Shown here piece by piece: positions 1 to 10,029 of a stretch of DNA of 64,000 bases. The position numbers were made by a program, and so were the translations under genes. The notes beneath the pieces were generated by a model that saw only the letters and a program-made list of their open reading frames with translations, made no database searches and had not been told where the DNA came from. Each line of letters starts with the position of its first letter. Positions within the stretch are counted from its first letter, which is position 1. This DNA comes from Dehalococcoidia bacterium (GTDB lineage Bacteria > Chloroflexota > Dehalococcoidia > Plut-88900). The stretch is from the NCBI GenBank assembly GCA_965249275.1, contig CBDFLQ010000005.1, positions 128,001-192,000 on the forward strand, given 5' to 3'.

Positions 1-63
1 CGCCGCAGCCACGATGGCTGCCGTGTGCAGCACCGAGACTCTAAGCCGGGCATCAATCCTCAT
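1..63 (-). CDS. 5' end of a gene running off the window (MRIDARLRVSVLHTAAIVAAA...), probably a membrane or secreted protein co-transcribed with the transglutaminase gene
   Basis: ATG at 63, 6 nt after the upstream stop; hydrophobic N-terminus; frame open to the window edge. Confidence 0.45.
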   Translation of the reverse strand, partial: MRIDARLRVSVLHTAAIVAAA

Positions 64-69
64 CCCCAC

Positions 70-3000
70 CTATTCCTCTCCCAACCGACGCCAGGCACGG
101 TATGCCGCCTCGAACTGCCGCCTGCCTATGTCATGTTCACTGTAGTCCGCCTCTTCGAAACGGGCTATCAGTTCCTCCAGGGCTCTCTGGTCCACGGGAA
201 GTCCGCTCGCAACCACCACCGACTCCATCTCCCGAGGGGTGGCCTTACCGGATATACCTGACACCTTCTGCCGCATTCCCGCCAGGAACAAGTTGTACCG
301 CTTGACTATGTCATCCCTGAACTCGACCACCTCGAACCGACCACGGCCCTCCGATGGCAGATGCCCTTCGTCCCCCGTGAACTCTGCCTCCACTTGATAA
401 ACTCCCAGTTCGGCGCCCCTCCAGACCGACTCACAGCGACCATCATCGTCCGTGACCAGCTCTTCCATTTCACCCGTGTCACCGATTAGTACTCGAATTG
501 ACCGTCCTTGCAGCCCCCGCCCCACATCATCCAGCAGTGCTAATGTGACCTTCACTTCCTCCCCGACACCCCATATCTCCGGCAGGTCTTCCGCCGGTTT
601 GACGAAGGAGACCTCCAGGCGAGTCGGCAGCAACAGCCGCAGCTCGAATTCTTCAAGTGTTTCCACTGAAGAGAACCGTTCCGTGCCCGCAAACTCTGCC
701 GTGACCCGATACATTCCCGGCTCGTTCCCCGCCCACGAGGCAGTGCATTTGCCCTTCCGGTCCGTCACCAGCTCCATCTGCGCTTCCTCGTCACCCCACA
801 CCACCCGGATCTCCGCCTCCGCTATCCCCCTCCCCGACTCATCGGTCAACCTGCACCACACCTCTACTTCCTCCCCCACCTGCCACGCGTTCTCCGCATC
901 CGCGGACGGGTCCACAAAGCCCATCTCCAGGCGCGCCGACTGCACAACCACTTCGACCGTGAGTGGTGGGCCCGAGGCAACGGCGGCAGCACCCGAAGGT
1001 CGGGCGGACGCCAATACTGTGCGTCTCCCAAAGCGTCGGCTTCCGAAATAACCTCCCCCAGCGCCTAGAACCAGCAGAACCGGCAGAAGCATCCATACCA
1101 ACCACCCCAGTCCTCCACTCCTGACTTGCAGGCTCGCCAGATAGGAGACCGGGAGGTTTGTACCGTCTCCCTCGTAGCTGACTCTCAGCGGTACGATTGT
1201 CAGTCCTTCTTCGTCAGGGATGTCAACCATCAACAGCGCCACGCCAAGCTCATCCGTCACTGCGGACCCAGCTCCCGCGTAGTGGAGCCTAGCACTCGGA
1301 ATGCCGACTCCATGGTCGTCCAGAAGCCTCGCTTCCACCTGCACCAACCGTCCGGCCCTCACTTCTTCCACGGGCGTCACCAGCAGGCTCGTCGTCGCCA
1401 TCACCTTAACCGAGACCTTTGTCTCAGCCTCAAGCTCCGCCGCCGACACCTCCAACTCCATCTCCCCCAGCTCCGCATCAGACGGGACGGGCATCCGCAC
1501 CACGAAAGCCCCCACCGCATTCGTGCGCGCTAACTCTTGTCCATTCAACTCAATGCTCGTGTCCGGCACAGTTTGGCCGCTTATCAGCGTCACACCCCTA
1601 ATCGTGACGCTATCGCCCCGGGCCACGGATTCAGGCTCCTCTACCACAATCTCCGCCCTCCCTACCGTCACCGACAGAGTGGCCTGGATTGGTGCAAGCT
1701 CGTCCGTACCGGCAAATTTCACCCTGAGATCAGTTTCCGCTTCCTCTTCGAATGTCGTTTCCCAAAGGAATGACCCCAGGAGACTTGTAACCACTTCCAC
1801 CGGCTCTCCCCGACCCGCGCTCACCATCAGGGTGTGCCCTTCCAGTCCTTCGCCGTCCGTCCCGGCTAGCGTTCCCTCAAGCCGGTAAGATGCACCCACC
1901 CGCACTACCCTGTCACCGCTCAGGTCCAGGAGGACAAGCTCTACTACACTAAGGGTATATCCGCTTCTGCCCGGCTCCAGAAGGTCGTCTCCCGTGAAGG
2001 TCGCCTCAATTGCATATCTTCCCGGCTGGTCCGTTACACCCTTCAGCTCGAACTCGCCCAGCTCATCGGTCAGTATTGAGGTCACGGCCTCCTCGGGCAG
2101 TGTGATGTCGACTTCCCGTTGAGACAACGGCGCCCCCCGGCTATCTGCCAGCGACCCCCTGATTACGTACTCCTCCCCAACCTGCACCTCCCTGTCTCCG
2201 CTCAATTTCAGGAAGACGGGCTCGGTCACGCTCAGGGTATATCCTGCCTTGCTCGGCTCAAGGACATCCTCACCAGAAAACGCCGCTTCAATGCCGTATC
2301 TACCTGGCCGCTCCGCTACGGCATTCATTCGGAATTCGCCCTGTTCGTCGGTCAGGGCCGAGGCCTTGACCTCTCCAGGCAATGTGATCTCGATCTGCTT
2401 CAATGCCAAGGAGTTCCCGTTGGAGTCCATCAACGTGCCATTGATCACGTATTCGCCCCCGACCTGTACCTCTCTGTCACCACTTAGCTCAAGGAACACC
2501 GGCTCGAATACGCTGAGTGTATATCCGCTCTTGCTGGGCTCAAGAATGCCACCCCCCGCAAAAGAGGCCTGGATGCCATAGACCCCTCGCCGCTCCGTCG
2601 ACCCTCTTACTGTGAACTCACCCCGCTCCCGAGTCTGGACCGAGGCCACCTCCCCATCCGGCAGGGTAACTTCGATCGACTGCATGGCTAACACCCCTCC
2701 GCGAATGTTCCTCAACGTGCCGTTTATGACGAAATCCTCCCCTACACGCACGTTGTCCACAGCGTCGATAGTCAGCACACTCGGCATCGTGACCATCACA
2801 TCTAAGCTGGCCTCGTTCCCCAGCATGTACCCTTCCTGCTCAAACGTCACCGCCACCGACCGCTGCCCCGTCCGACCAAACGCCCTTGTGAAACTGAAGG
2901 CGCCTCGGTCATCCGTCGTCACTTGGAACGGGGTTAGTCCCTGTATGTTCACGCGAATCGTACGACTGCCCACCGGGTCTCCCGCTTCCTCCGTCAACCT

Positions 3001-5757
3001 CCCCCGGAAAGTCCCTTCCGCGTCTATCGAAATCTCCGATGGCCCGCTAAACTCCATCTCCGTCCCTGAATAGACCCCTATCTCCGGGTCGCTCCATGAC
3101 CCCTTATAGTCGTCGTTGCCTATCGCGTGCGCTATTAGTTGGTAGCTGCCCCCTTCGAAGCTATCCGGCACCAGGACCTCTATCTCGAACCGACCGTTTT
3201 CCGTCTCCGTAGTTCCCAGCCTCCAGCCACCTTGTTCCTTCGTTTCGTTGATGAATATTTCCACCTCCATCCCATCCACCGGAGCGCCGGATAGCGTATC
3301 CACCCTCCCCCCTATATCGAACGGCAGCCCTTTCCGCGTCTCCCTGGGCCATTGGTCGATCTCGATTACAGTCCCGCGCTTTATCGGATCACCCTGTGAA
3401 TGGACTAGATCGCCCCTGGCTTGGATCACTCGGGAAGGTGCACCCCCTGATCCCGTCGGTTCGAAGGTCACCCATCCAATCCCCTCAAACGCCACCTCCG
3501 CCCACTGGTGCCCCTGGTCCGAATAGACCGTTTGGGTTCCGGGGGCCTCTACTATCGCCCATCCCGACACCACCCGTGCCGGGATGCCTACTGACCTCGC
3601 CATCACTACGAATGCACTGCTGTACACCCCGCATGTCCCCTCTCGATGATCGAACAGGAACCAGTCAACCGGGTCCCGGCCCTCTGGGGGAGCGTCATCA
3701 GACGAATCGGCAAACGCATAAGGGTAGGTGGTACTCAGATATCGCTCCAGCGCCTTGGCCTTCAGGTAGGGGCTGCTGTATCCCTTTGTAACCTCCTCCG
3801 CTTTCAGGCGGACCCTGTCCGGGACGCTGGAGGGCAACTGGGTATAGGTTGGGTCCGACGATACGGCGGCCCTTGCGAGTTGATCTTCGGAGAAGTGGGG
3901 TATCCTTGCCCTCCAACTGTATGTGGGCACGGTGTCTGCGGAGTAAAATGTTGCACTGTACGCCCAAAGAAATGTCCCAGTGCCGATGCTGTCCACGTGG
4001 AGAGAAGTCGGCAATGGTCCCTTGGGGAACTGCTGCAATGATCCGATAGGCGTCATGCTAATAGTTGTTGTATGGGTCGAAACGGGTTGTGTCTGGAAGC
4101 CAGCCAACAGCGACAAATCGAGCCGTTCAGCAGGAAGTCTCGAGAAGCCACTGCCTTCCTCTTCTATTTTCCCCTGCACCGCCGCCGGCACACTCTCGTT
4201 TGGATAGACCCAGAACCCGACAGGGTGCAACTGATGCCACCGGCCATTCTGGTACAAGTCTCCTACTGCAGTCCGTAGACGGTCTGTGTGACCCGCGCCG
4301 TGGACCTGGAATATGGGATTATGGGCAAGCCCACCAGATTGAGCCGTAGTAGTGCCGGGTACCCAATATCCCTGATTCTCGTACACCACCAGGGAAGCGC
4401 CGTTCTCCAGGGTAGTGATCGACGCCCCCCGCTCCTCCAGGATTTCCCGTGCCGCTCCCCCATAACCCGGCCTCGTGTCACCGAGGAGACGTTCCAAATT
4501 GAACAGTCCTACACCGCTGTCTTCATCCAGGATATCCAGGTTCTTCTCTATCTCACTCTCGATGGCCTGCCTTGCAGACTCAGATATTACCGATTGACCA
4601 TCTCCTGCTGTGCCCTCGTCGCTTCCTTCGCCCTCTTCCCCATTCTCTGCACCTGCCTCCTCGACATAGAAGCCCGCCGTCCGGGACGGTGGCCCCGATG
4701 CCGTAGCCTCGAAGGACACCCACCCGATTTCATCCAACGCCACCTCCGTCCACTGGTGCGCCTGGTCCAGATACACCGTCTGCGTTTCGCCGGTCTGCCC
4801 GATCGCCCATCCCGACACCACCCGCGCCGGTATCCCTACCGACCTTGCCAGCACTACGAAGGCGCTGCTGAACTGGCCGCAGGTGCCTTCCCTGCTTTCA
4901 AATAGGAACCAGTCCACCGGGTCTCGGCCTGCCGGAGGCCCACCGGCCCCCGATTCTGCAAACGCATACACGTAAGCCTCTCTCAGGTACTGCTCAATAG
5001 CCTTTGCCTGGGCGTACGTCCCGGTATAGCCCTCCGTGATCTCCCTCGCCAGCTCGCCTACCCGTCCCGGCACGGTTTCCGGCAACTGCGTGTATACAGT
5101 GTCCTCATATGCCCCCGCCGCTCTCAACACCTCGTCCTCGAATTCCACTGCCCGCGCCGACCACACGACACGTTCGGCCTCGTTTTCGATGCGGACCGTG
5201 CTGCTATACGGGAAGTACACCCCCGGCTCTAATACGAACCGCATGTCCAGCGACCCCGGTATTACACCCGCTGCTATAACTGCCCCATCATTTGCTGGCG
5301 AAACTATGACTGACAGATTGACAGTCTGGCCAGTCAGATAGCGAGAGGTGGAAGATCCGGGCGGCGCAGGTCGGCTGGTCCCGCTCTGAGCATTCAGCAC
5401 CACTTCCTGCAGCTGTTCTATCCCTTCGTATGGCGCTTCCACCGGGTCCGATTGCGCCCACCGCCCGTTTACGTACACATCCCCTGTTGCCGTGCGCAGA
5501 TAGTTGAGCTTCTCAGCGCCACTCACCTCGAACACCGGCAAGTGCGGTGGCTTTCCCGCCTGCATCGTGGTTGTGCCCGCACCTAAAGCCAACACCTCAT
5601 CATCCACTAACCCCACAAGTCCCCCACTCTCTAACCGGGTGACATCGGCCCCAAGCTCCTTAAGCGCTGCCTCCGCCGCCTCCCTAACCGCAGGGCTCGG
5701 GTCCGAAAGGGTCTCCATCAGCGCTCCTATTGCTTTCGAGCCTCCCAGGCCCGACAA
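70..5757 (-). CDS. Large transglutaminase-domain protein, C-terminal part: 2 TGase domains, about 10 Ig/Big-like beta repeats, TM helix, DUF4129-like C-terminus
   Basis: Two GTCG(Q/V)(F/Y)SSAF...HQWxEV...GWVxFE motifs; ~94-aa repeats PVFLxLSGDREVQVG; TM GGLGWLVWMLLPVLLVLG; tail TPRE...FEEADYSEH. In frame with 5767..8235. Confidence 0.85.
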   Translation of the reverse strand: MSGLGGSKAIGALMETLSDPSPAVREAAEAALKELGADVTRLESGGLVGLVDDEVLALGAGTTTMQAGKPPHLPVFEVSGAEKLNYLRTATGDVYVNGRWAQSDPVEAPYEGIEQLQEVVLNAQSGTSRPAPPGSSTSRYLTGQTVNLSVIVSPANDGAVIAAGVIPGSLDMRFVLEPGVYFPYSSTVRIENEAERVVWSARAVEFEDEVLRAAGAYEDTVYTQLPETVPGRVGELAREITEGYTGTYAQAKAIEQYLREAYVYAFAESGAGGPPAGRDPVDWFLFESREGTCGQFSSAFVVLARSVGIPARVVSGWAIGQTGETQTVYLDQAHQWTEVALDEIGWVSFEATASGPPSRTAGFYVEEAGAENGEEGEGSDEGTAGDGQSVISESARQAIESEIEKNLDILDEDSGVGLFNLERLLGDTRPGYGGAAREILEERGASITTLENGASLVVYENQGYWVPGTTTAQSGGLAHNPIFQVHGAGHTDRLRTAVGDLYQNGRWHQLHPVGFWVYPNESVPAAVQGKIEEEGSGFSRLPAERLDLSLLAGFQTQPVSTHTTTISMTPIGSLQQFPKGPLPTSLHVDSIGTGTFLWAYSATFYSADTVPTYSWRARIPHFSEDQLARAAVSSDPTYTQLPSSVPDRVRLKAEEVTKGYSSPYLKAKALERYLSTTYPYAFADSSDDAPPEGRDPVDWFLFDHREGTCGVYSSAFVVMARSVGIPARVVSGWAIVEAPGTQTVYSDQGHQWAEVAFEGIGWVTFEPTGSGGAPSRVIQARGDLVHSQGDPIKRGTVIEIDQWPRETRKGLPFDIGGRVDTLSGAPVDGMEVEIFINETKEQGGWRLGTTETENGRFEIEVLVPDSFEGGSYQLIAHAIGNDDYKGSWSDPEIGVYSGTEMEFSGPSEISIDAEGTFRGRLTEEAGDPVGSRTIRVNIQGLTPFQVTTDDRGAFSFTRAFGRTGQRSVAVTFEQEGYMLGNEASLDVMVTMPSVLTIDAVDNVRVGEDFVINGTLRNIRGGVLAMQSIEVTLPDGEVASVQTRERGEFTVRGSTERRGVYGIQASFAGGGILEPSKSGYTLSVFEPVFLELSGDREVQVGGEYVINGTLMDSNGNSLALKQIEITLPGEVKASALTDEQGEFRMNAVAERPGRYGIEAAFSGEDVLEPSKAGYTLSVTEPVFLKLSGDREVQVGEEYVIRGSLADSRGAPLSQREVDITLPEEAVTSILTDELGEFELKGVTDQPGRYAIEATFTGDDLLEPGRSGYTLSVVELVLLDLSGDRVVRVGASYRLEGTLAGTDGEGLEGHTLMVSAGRGEPVEVVTSLLGSFLWETTFEEEAETDLRVKFAGTDELAPIQATLSVTVGRAEIVVEEPESVARGDSVTIRGVTLISGQTVPDTSIELNGQELARTNAVGAFVVRMPVPSDAELGEMELEVSAAELEAETKVSVKVMATTSLLVTPVEEVRAGRLVQVEARLLDDHGVGIPSARLHYAGAGSAVTDELGVALLMVDIPDEEGLTIVPLRVSYEGDGTNLPVSYLASLQVRSGGLGWLVWMLLPVLLVLGAGGGYFGSRRFGRRTVLASARPSGAAAVASGPPLTVEVVVQSARLEMGFVDPSADAENAWQVGEEVEVWCRLTDESGRGIAEAEIRVVWGDEEAQMELVTDRKGKCTASWAGNEPGMYRVTAEFAGTERFSSVETLEEFELRLLLPTRLEVSFVKPAEDLPEIWGVGEEVKVTLALLDDVGRGLQGRSIRVLIGDTGEMEELVTDDDGRCESVWRGAELGVYQVEAEFTGDEGHLPSEGRGRFEVVEFRDDIVKRYNLFLAGMRQKVSGISGKATPREMESVVVASGLPVDQRALEELIARFEEADYSEHDIGRRQFEAAYRAWRRLGEE

Positions 5758-5766
5758 AGCGCCAAT

Positions 5767-8235
5767 TCACAAGCCTCTAACAAGTGCGGACTCATCCTCC
5801 TTCAGCGCCTTTATCAACGCGTCGATTACCTTATCGCCCTTCAATTTTGCCAAGGCATTTGCAGCTTCGGCCCGCACCTCTTCCGCCTCATCCTCATGCA
5901 GGGCTGATATAAGGGGATCTATAGCGTTCCGGTATCCTTCCTCTCCCAGTGCCTCCGCGGCTTTGGCCCGGACCTCGGCTGCCTCGTCGCTGCCCAACGC
6001 ATCGATTAGCGGATCGCTCACGTCCGTTAATGTTTCGGGTGCGATCTCCGAGTACTCCAGCAGTTCATCTATCGTGTCCAAGCGATCGTCGAGGTCGGGA
6101 TTGGAGAGCAGCTTATCGCCCAGCCGGTCCAGTTCGTCCTCCCATGCCTCCATCACCGTGGCCCGGAAAGGCGCCCCGTTATATGGTGTCGGTTCGAACC
6201 TTCTCCAGCCTATGCCCTCGAAAGCCACCTCTGCCCATTGGTGAGCTTGGTCCACGTAAACCGTTTGCCGTTCCACTCCCTCGCTTATGACCCACCCCGA
6301 CACCACGCGCGCCGGTATACCCACCGACCTTGCCAACACCACGAATGCACTGCTGAACTGGCCGCACGTGCCTTTCTTAGTATCAAAGAGGAACCAGTCC
6401 ACTGCGTCTCGGCCCTCGGGCAGGGCTTCATCATCCTCTGTCGCGAACGCGTATTCGTAGTTATCTCGCAGGTGCCACGCCAAGGCCCTCGCCTTCTCAT
6501 ACACCGACTCGTGCTCTTCAGTGATCTCTTCGGCCAGCAGACGCACTCTCTCAGGTACGTTTTCCGGCAGTCCAAGTGCTATGGGGTCCGAGTACGCCTG
6601 CGCCGCCTGTAGCTCATCTTCCGAGAACCGATGCACACCGGACATCCACCCATACTCGTCGATTTCTACGTCCGTCGAGAAAGTCCCGCTGAAAGGTCTG
6701 TAACGCCCGTCCGTATCAAAGAATTCCGCACCTATAGTGGTAGGCAGCGCTCCCGCCGGCACCTTTCGTCCCGGCTCATGTGCCGAAACGGTTATTCGCT
6801 GCCGGCTCGTTTCTTCAGCCGGGCTCTCCGGCCAGAGCAGCAGGGATGCTCCCGCGTCTTCCCACGGCAGGATGTCTACATTTCCGTCCTCTATTAGCAC
6901 CGCATATACAAGTTGGCGGGTCGGCGTTCGTGCCGCGTAAGCCAGTTCCACAGGGTCGGTCCTGGTCCATCCTTGCCCCGTGTACTCGTCTCCTGCATCT
7001 GTGCGCAGATATCCCGTTGCGCTTGCGCCGCTTACCTCGAATACTGGCCTGTCGTCCGGTGTTGACACCCGGCTTGCGCTCGTCCCTGGCGCCCAGAAGA
7101 CTCGGTCGCCTATATAGACCAATGCCGCGCCGCTCTCCAGCGGTGTCATCGAGGCGCCTATGTCACTCAGGATCCACCCCGCTGCGTTCTTCACCCCAAT
7201 ATCAGGATCTCCCAACGCCTCAACCAACGCCGTCTCCGTCGCAGCACTCACTTCCGGGTCATCGCCTCCCAATGCCTCAACCAGCGCCGACTCCGCCGCC
7301 GTCCTCACGTCCTCGTTACTGTCCCCCAGCGCCTCAACCAGCGCCGCGACTACTTCCGGATCAGCCATTCCCGCGAGCTCTGACAAAGCCTCGACCTTCT
7401 CATCCGGGCTCCCGTGTATCAGCACGTTGAAGTAGTCCACTTCACTCGATGCTTGGTCTTGCTGGGTCGTCTGGCCTGGCTGGCCCGGCAGGCCCGGCAG
7501 CCCTTCTCCCTCGGTGGTCCCTGTTGCGGGCCGCCAGTAGACGTTCACGGCGCCGGTGTAATCGGGTGTCGTCTCCACCACCGAGTGGTGTTTGAAGAGG
7601 TTGACCCCGTATATGGCGTCGGAGCCGAACATGCCGAATACCAGGGCTGCTGTCAGCCACGCCAGAAGAGGTATGGGCAAAAGCTTGGGCTTTGCTACCG
7701 CAACCAGGCCAACGGTCACCACGAATGCGGCCAGCAGCGTTAACCCTAACGGCGCCACACCCTCGGTCTTGACCGGGTGTTCTCCGTAGTCCACCCCGCC
7801 GAAGGGCAACCCCTCACCAAATACCATGGAAGCGACTAGGTAAACACCCGTCCCCAGCAACCCCACCGCGACTACTCCACCAGGCAGCAAGGCCGTCCAC
7901 CGACGCCCCTCGCGATCTTTGAATCGGCGCTTAAGCAGAAGGAGAGCCGCGAGTCCCAGCAGGATGCTCATGGCCGGCGCCACCACGGCAATCAGACTTG
8001 CGCCGCTCGGTATTTCTGACGCGGTTGAGTCAGCCGCATCCTTGGTAGTTAGCAGGTCCCTGGGTCCGTCGCTGGTGAGCCCGCCAAAAAGCTCGAAGAG
8101 GAAAAACAGTCCACCAAGAGCCACCGCCAAGACCAGGAGCAGACCGAGATGGGACCTAACCTCCCTGAACAACCCCATCATCCGCCCATTATACGCACCT
8201 TTATTCAGATCACATCCTTGACACTTACCTGTCAT
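5767..8235 (-). CDS. Transglutaminase-domain protein, N-terminal part: several TM helices, HEAT/PBS repeats, 1 TGase domain
   Basis: Hydrophobic N-terminal segments; ALVEALGD..VR.AA HEAT repeats; GTCGQFSSAF / AHQWAEV / FEPT; ends at a TGA inside a HEAT repeat. Confidence 0.85.
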   Translation of the reverse strand: MTGKCQGCDLNKGAYNGRMMGLFREVRSHLGLLLVLAVALGGLFFLFELFGGLTSDGPRDLLTTKDAADSTASEIPSGASLIAVVAPAMSILLGLAALLLLKRRFKDREGRRWTALLPGGVVAVGLLGTGVYLVASMVFGEGLPFGGVDYGEHPVKTEGVAPLGLTLLAAFVVTVGLVAVAKPKLLPIPLLAWLTAALVFGMFGSDAIYGVNLFKHHSVVETTPDYTGAVNVYWRPATGTTEGEGLPGLPGQPGQTTQQDQASSEVDYFNVLIHGSPDEKVEALSELAGMADPEVVAALVEALGDSNEDVRTAAESALVEALGGDDPEVSAATETALVEALGDPDIGVKNAAGWILSDIGASMTPLESGAALVYIGDRVFWAPGTSASRVSTPDDRPVFEVSGASATGYLRTDAGDEYTGQGWTRTDPVELAYAARTPTRQLVYAVLIEDGNVDILPWEDAGASLLLWPESPAEETSRQRITVSAHEPGRKVPAGALPTTIGAEFFDTDGRYRPFSGTFSTDVEIDEYGWMSGVHRFSEDELQAAQAYSDPIALGLPENVPERVRLLAEEITEEHESVYEKARALAWHLRDNYEYAFATEDDEALPEGRDAVDWFLFDTKKGTCGQFSSAFVVLARSVGIPARVVSGWVISEGVERQTVYVDQAHQWAEVAFEGIGWRRFEPTPYNGAPFRATVMEAWEDELDRLGDKLLSNPDLDDRLDTIDELLEYSEIAPETLTDVSDPLIDALGSDEAAEVRAKAAEALGEEGYRNAIDPLISALHEDEAEEVRAEAANALAKLKGDKVIDALIKALKEDESALVRGL

Positions 8236-8304
8236 CCAGGAACAAAAGACGCTAAGCGTATCGTTCAGCGCTTCTTACTTATTCCCCGCTCCTCGCACAA
8301 AAAC

Positions 8305-8337
8305 TAACTGCCGACTGGTCTAACCAGTCGGCAGTTA
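8305..8337 (-). terminator. Intrinsic terminator of the peroxiredoxin gene
   Basis: Perfect 14-bp stem TAACTGCCGACTGG/CCAGTCGGCAGTTA, followed on the minus strand by GTTTTT. Confidence 0.8.
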
Positions 8338-8361
8338 ATGCAAATGCTATGGATGGGGAGA

Positions 8362-9024
8362 CTATGCGCTCGGGTCTTTCACCTTTCGCAGATAGGGCTT
8401 CACCGTCTCCCAGCCGTCCGGGAACAGGTCTTTAGCCGCCTCGTTGTTCACTGCCGGAACTATTATGACATCCTCGCCCTTAGTCCAGTTGGCGGGGGTT
8501 GCCACCTTGTGGTTCGCAGTCAGTTGGCAGGAGTCGATCACCCTGAGCAGCTCGTCGAAGTTGCGGCCCGTGCTCATCGGGTAGGTCAGGCTCATTTTGA
8601 TCTTCTTGTCCGGCCCGATCAGGAACACCGACCGTACTGTAGCGTTGTTCGCCGCTGTTCTCCCCTCGGAGGAATCTCCCTCCGACGCGGGCAGCATGTC
8701 ATACATCTTGGCTACGTTCAGGTCATGGTCGGCGATGATGGGGAAATTGAGCGGAGTTCCGGCCAGGTCCTCGATGTCCGAAGCCCAGCGCTGGTGGTCC
8801 TCCACTTTGTCGACGCTCAGGCCTATGACCTTGCAGCCGCGCTTCTCAAACTCGCCTTTTACACTCGCCACGTGTCCTAGCTCGGTCGCACAGACTGGCG
8901 TAAAGTCCTTTGGATGTGAAAAGAGCATCGCCCATCCGTCTCCGATCCACTCGTGAAAGTTGACCGAGCCGGAGCTGGTGTTCGCCGTGAAATCCGGGGC
9001 CGTATCGTTAATGCGAAGTGCCAT
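8362..9024 (-). CDS. 1-Cys peroxiredoxin (Prx6 family)
   Basis: FSHPKDFTPVCATEL, YPMSTGRNFDE and ATPANW motifs. Confidence 0.95.
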   Translation of the reverse strand: MALRINDTAPDFTANTSSGSVNFHEWIGDGWAMLFSHPKDFTPVCATELGHVASVKGEFEKRGCKVIGLSVDKVEDHQRWASDIEDLAGTPLNFPIIADHDLNVAKMYDMLPASEGDSSEGRTAANNATVRSVFLIGPDKKIKMSLTYPMSTGRNFDELLRVIDSCQLTANHKVATPANWTKGEDVIIVPAVNNEAAKDLFPDGWETVKPYLRKVKDPSA

Positions 9025-9336
9025 ATTCCCCCCTCTCCTCTAAAGTTGGTCGTCGACGCTCTCGCGCCGAAACCTGTCTAGGTCAGCTATGTGTCTCGCT
9101 CAGGAAACTTTAACAGAACTTCCACATTGGGGGTAGGCTAGTTCTCGTTACGCCCACTTCTCCTCGCAACATACGTGCCCGTCCCACAGTACAAGACTGC
9201 CCTAATGGTAGCCGAGTTTACGCGGGCCCCTGCGTATAAGGGACTGACTCTCACCCGGATGGCTCGGATGACGGCATCACCCGGCATGGCCGAGCCAGCA
9301 TCCTTAGCGCCCGCCTATAAGTACAAACTCTAAGGA

Positions 9337-9798
9337 TTAGGCCTTCGACTTGGAAGCGGACGAATCGCACCACATGTGGCAACCCGTTACGCCCAGGGTT
9401 ATTGGCAGCATCACGTCCACAACCGCCCAGATTATCCACCTCTGGTGGTTACCGCTCGCGTCGGGACCACCCAGGTTGTCGGAGCCCAATCCCAGAAGTG
9501 CAAACCAGTTGTGCAGGAAAAGGATCGTGATGCCCGCGGTGAGGTAGAACAGCAGGTTGACTTCCAGGTATTTGCGGGTCACCGACTCTCCAGCGTCTCG
9601 GCCACCCTCCCTGCGCTTCCGATCGTAATTGAAGAGGAGCGCCACTCCCAGGGCGACGACTATGAGGATGTTCAAAATCCTCCAGACGCTCAGTGCATCG
9701 AAGGATTCGGGGAGGAGCGGATTGATAATGAAGTAGACAGCCACCACCACCGCAATGCCCACCATGTTGGCCCCGCCTATTTTCTTTAGTGCTTCCAT
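9337..9798 (-). CDS. Hypothetical 4-TM membrane protein
   Basis: ATG at 9798 with AGGAGGAG RBS; four hydrophobic segments. Confidence 0.7.
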   Translation of the reverse strand: MEALKKIGGANMVGIAVVVAVYFIINPLLPESFDALSVWRILNILIVVALGVALLFNYDRKRREGGRDAGESVTRKYLEVNLLFYLTAGITILFLHNWFALLGLGSDNLGGPDASGNHQRWIIWAVVDVMLPITLGVTGCHMWCDSSASKSKA

Positions 9799-10029
9799 AA
9801 CTCCTCCTTTACCGCTCGTTCGCCGGGCCCGTTTCATGCTCGGGATCAGGGGCACGATCTGCCTAAACTACGGAAGATACGCTACGTTAACCCTCGTTTT
9901 GCGAGCATAGCATATTCAATATACAGGCTGCCGAACATCCCGTTTGATGATGTTAGGATAAGCAGTTTAGCCTAAGTGCTATAATGCCGACGCGGGAGTG
10001 TCTTCTATGATGGTCCGGAGGATGAAGGC

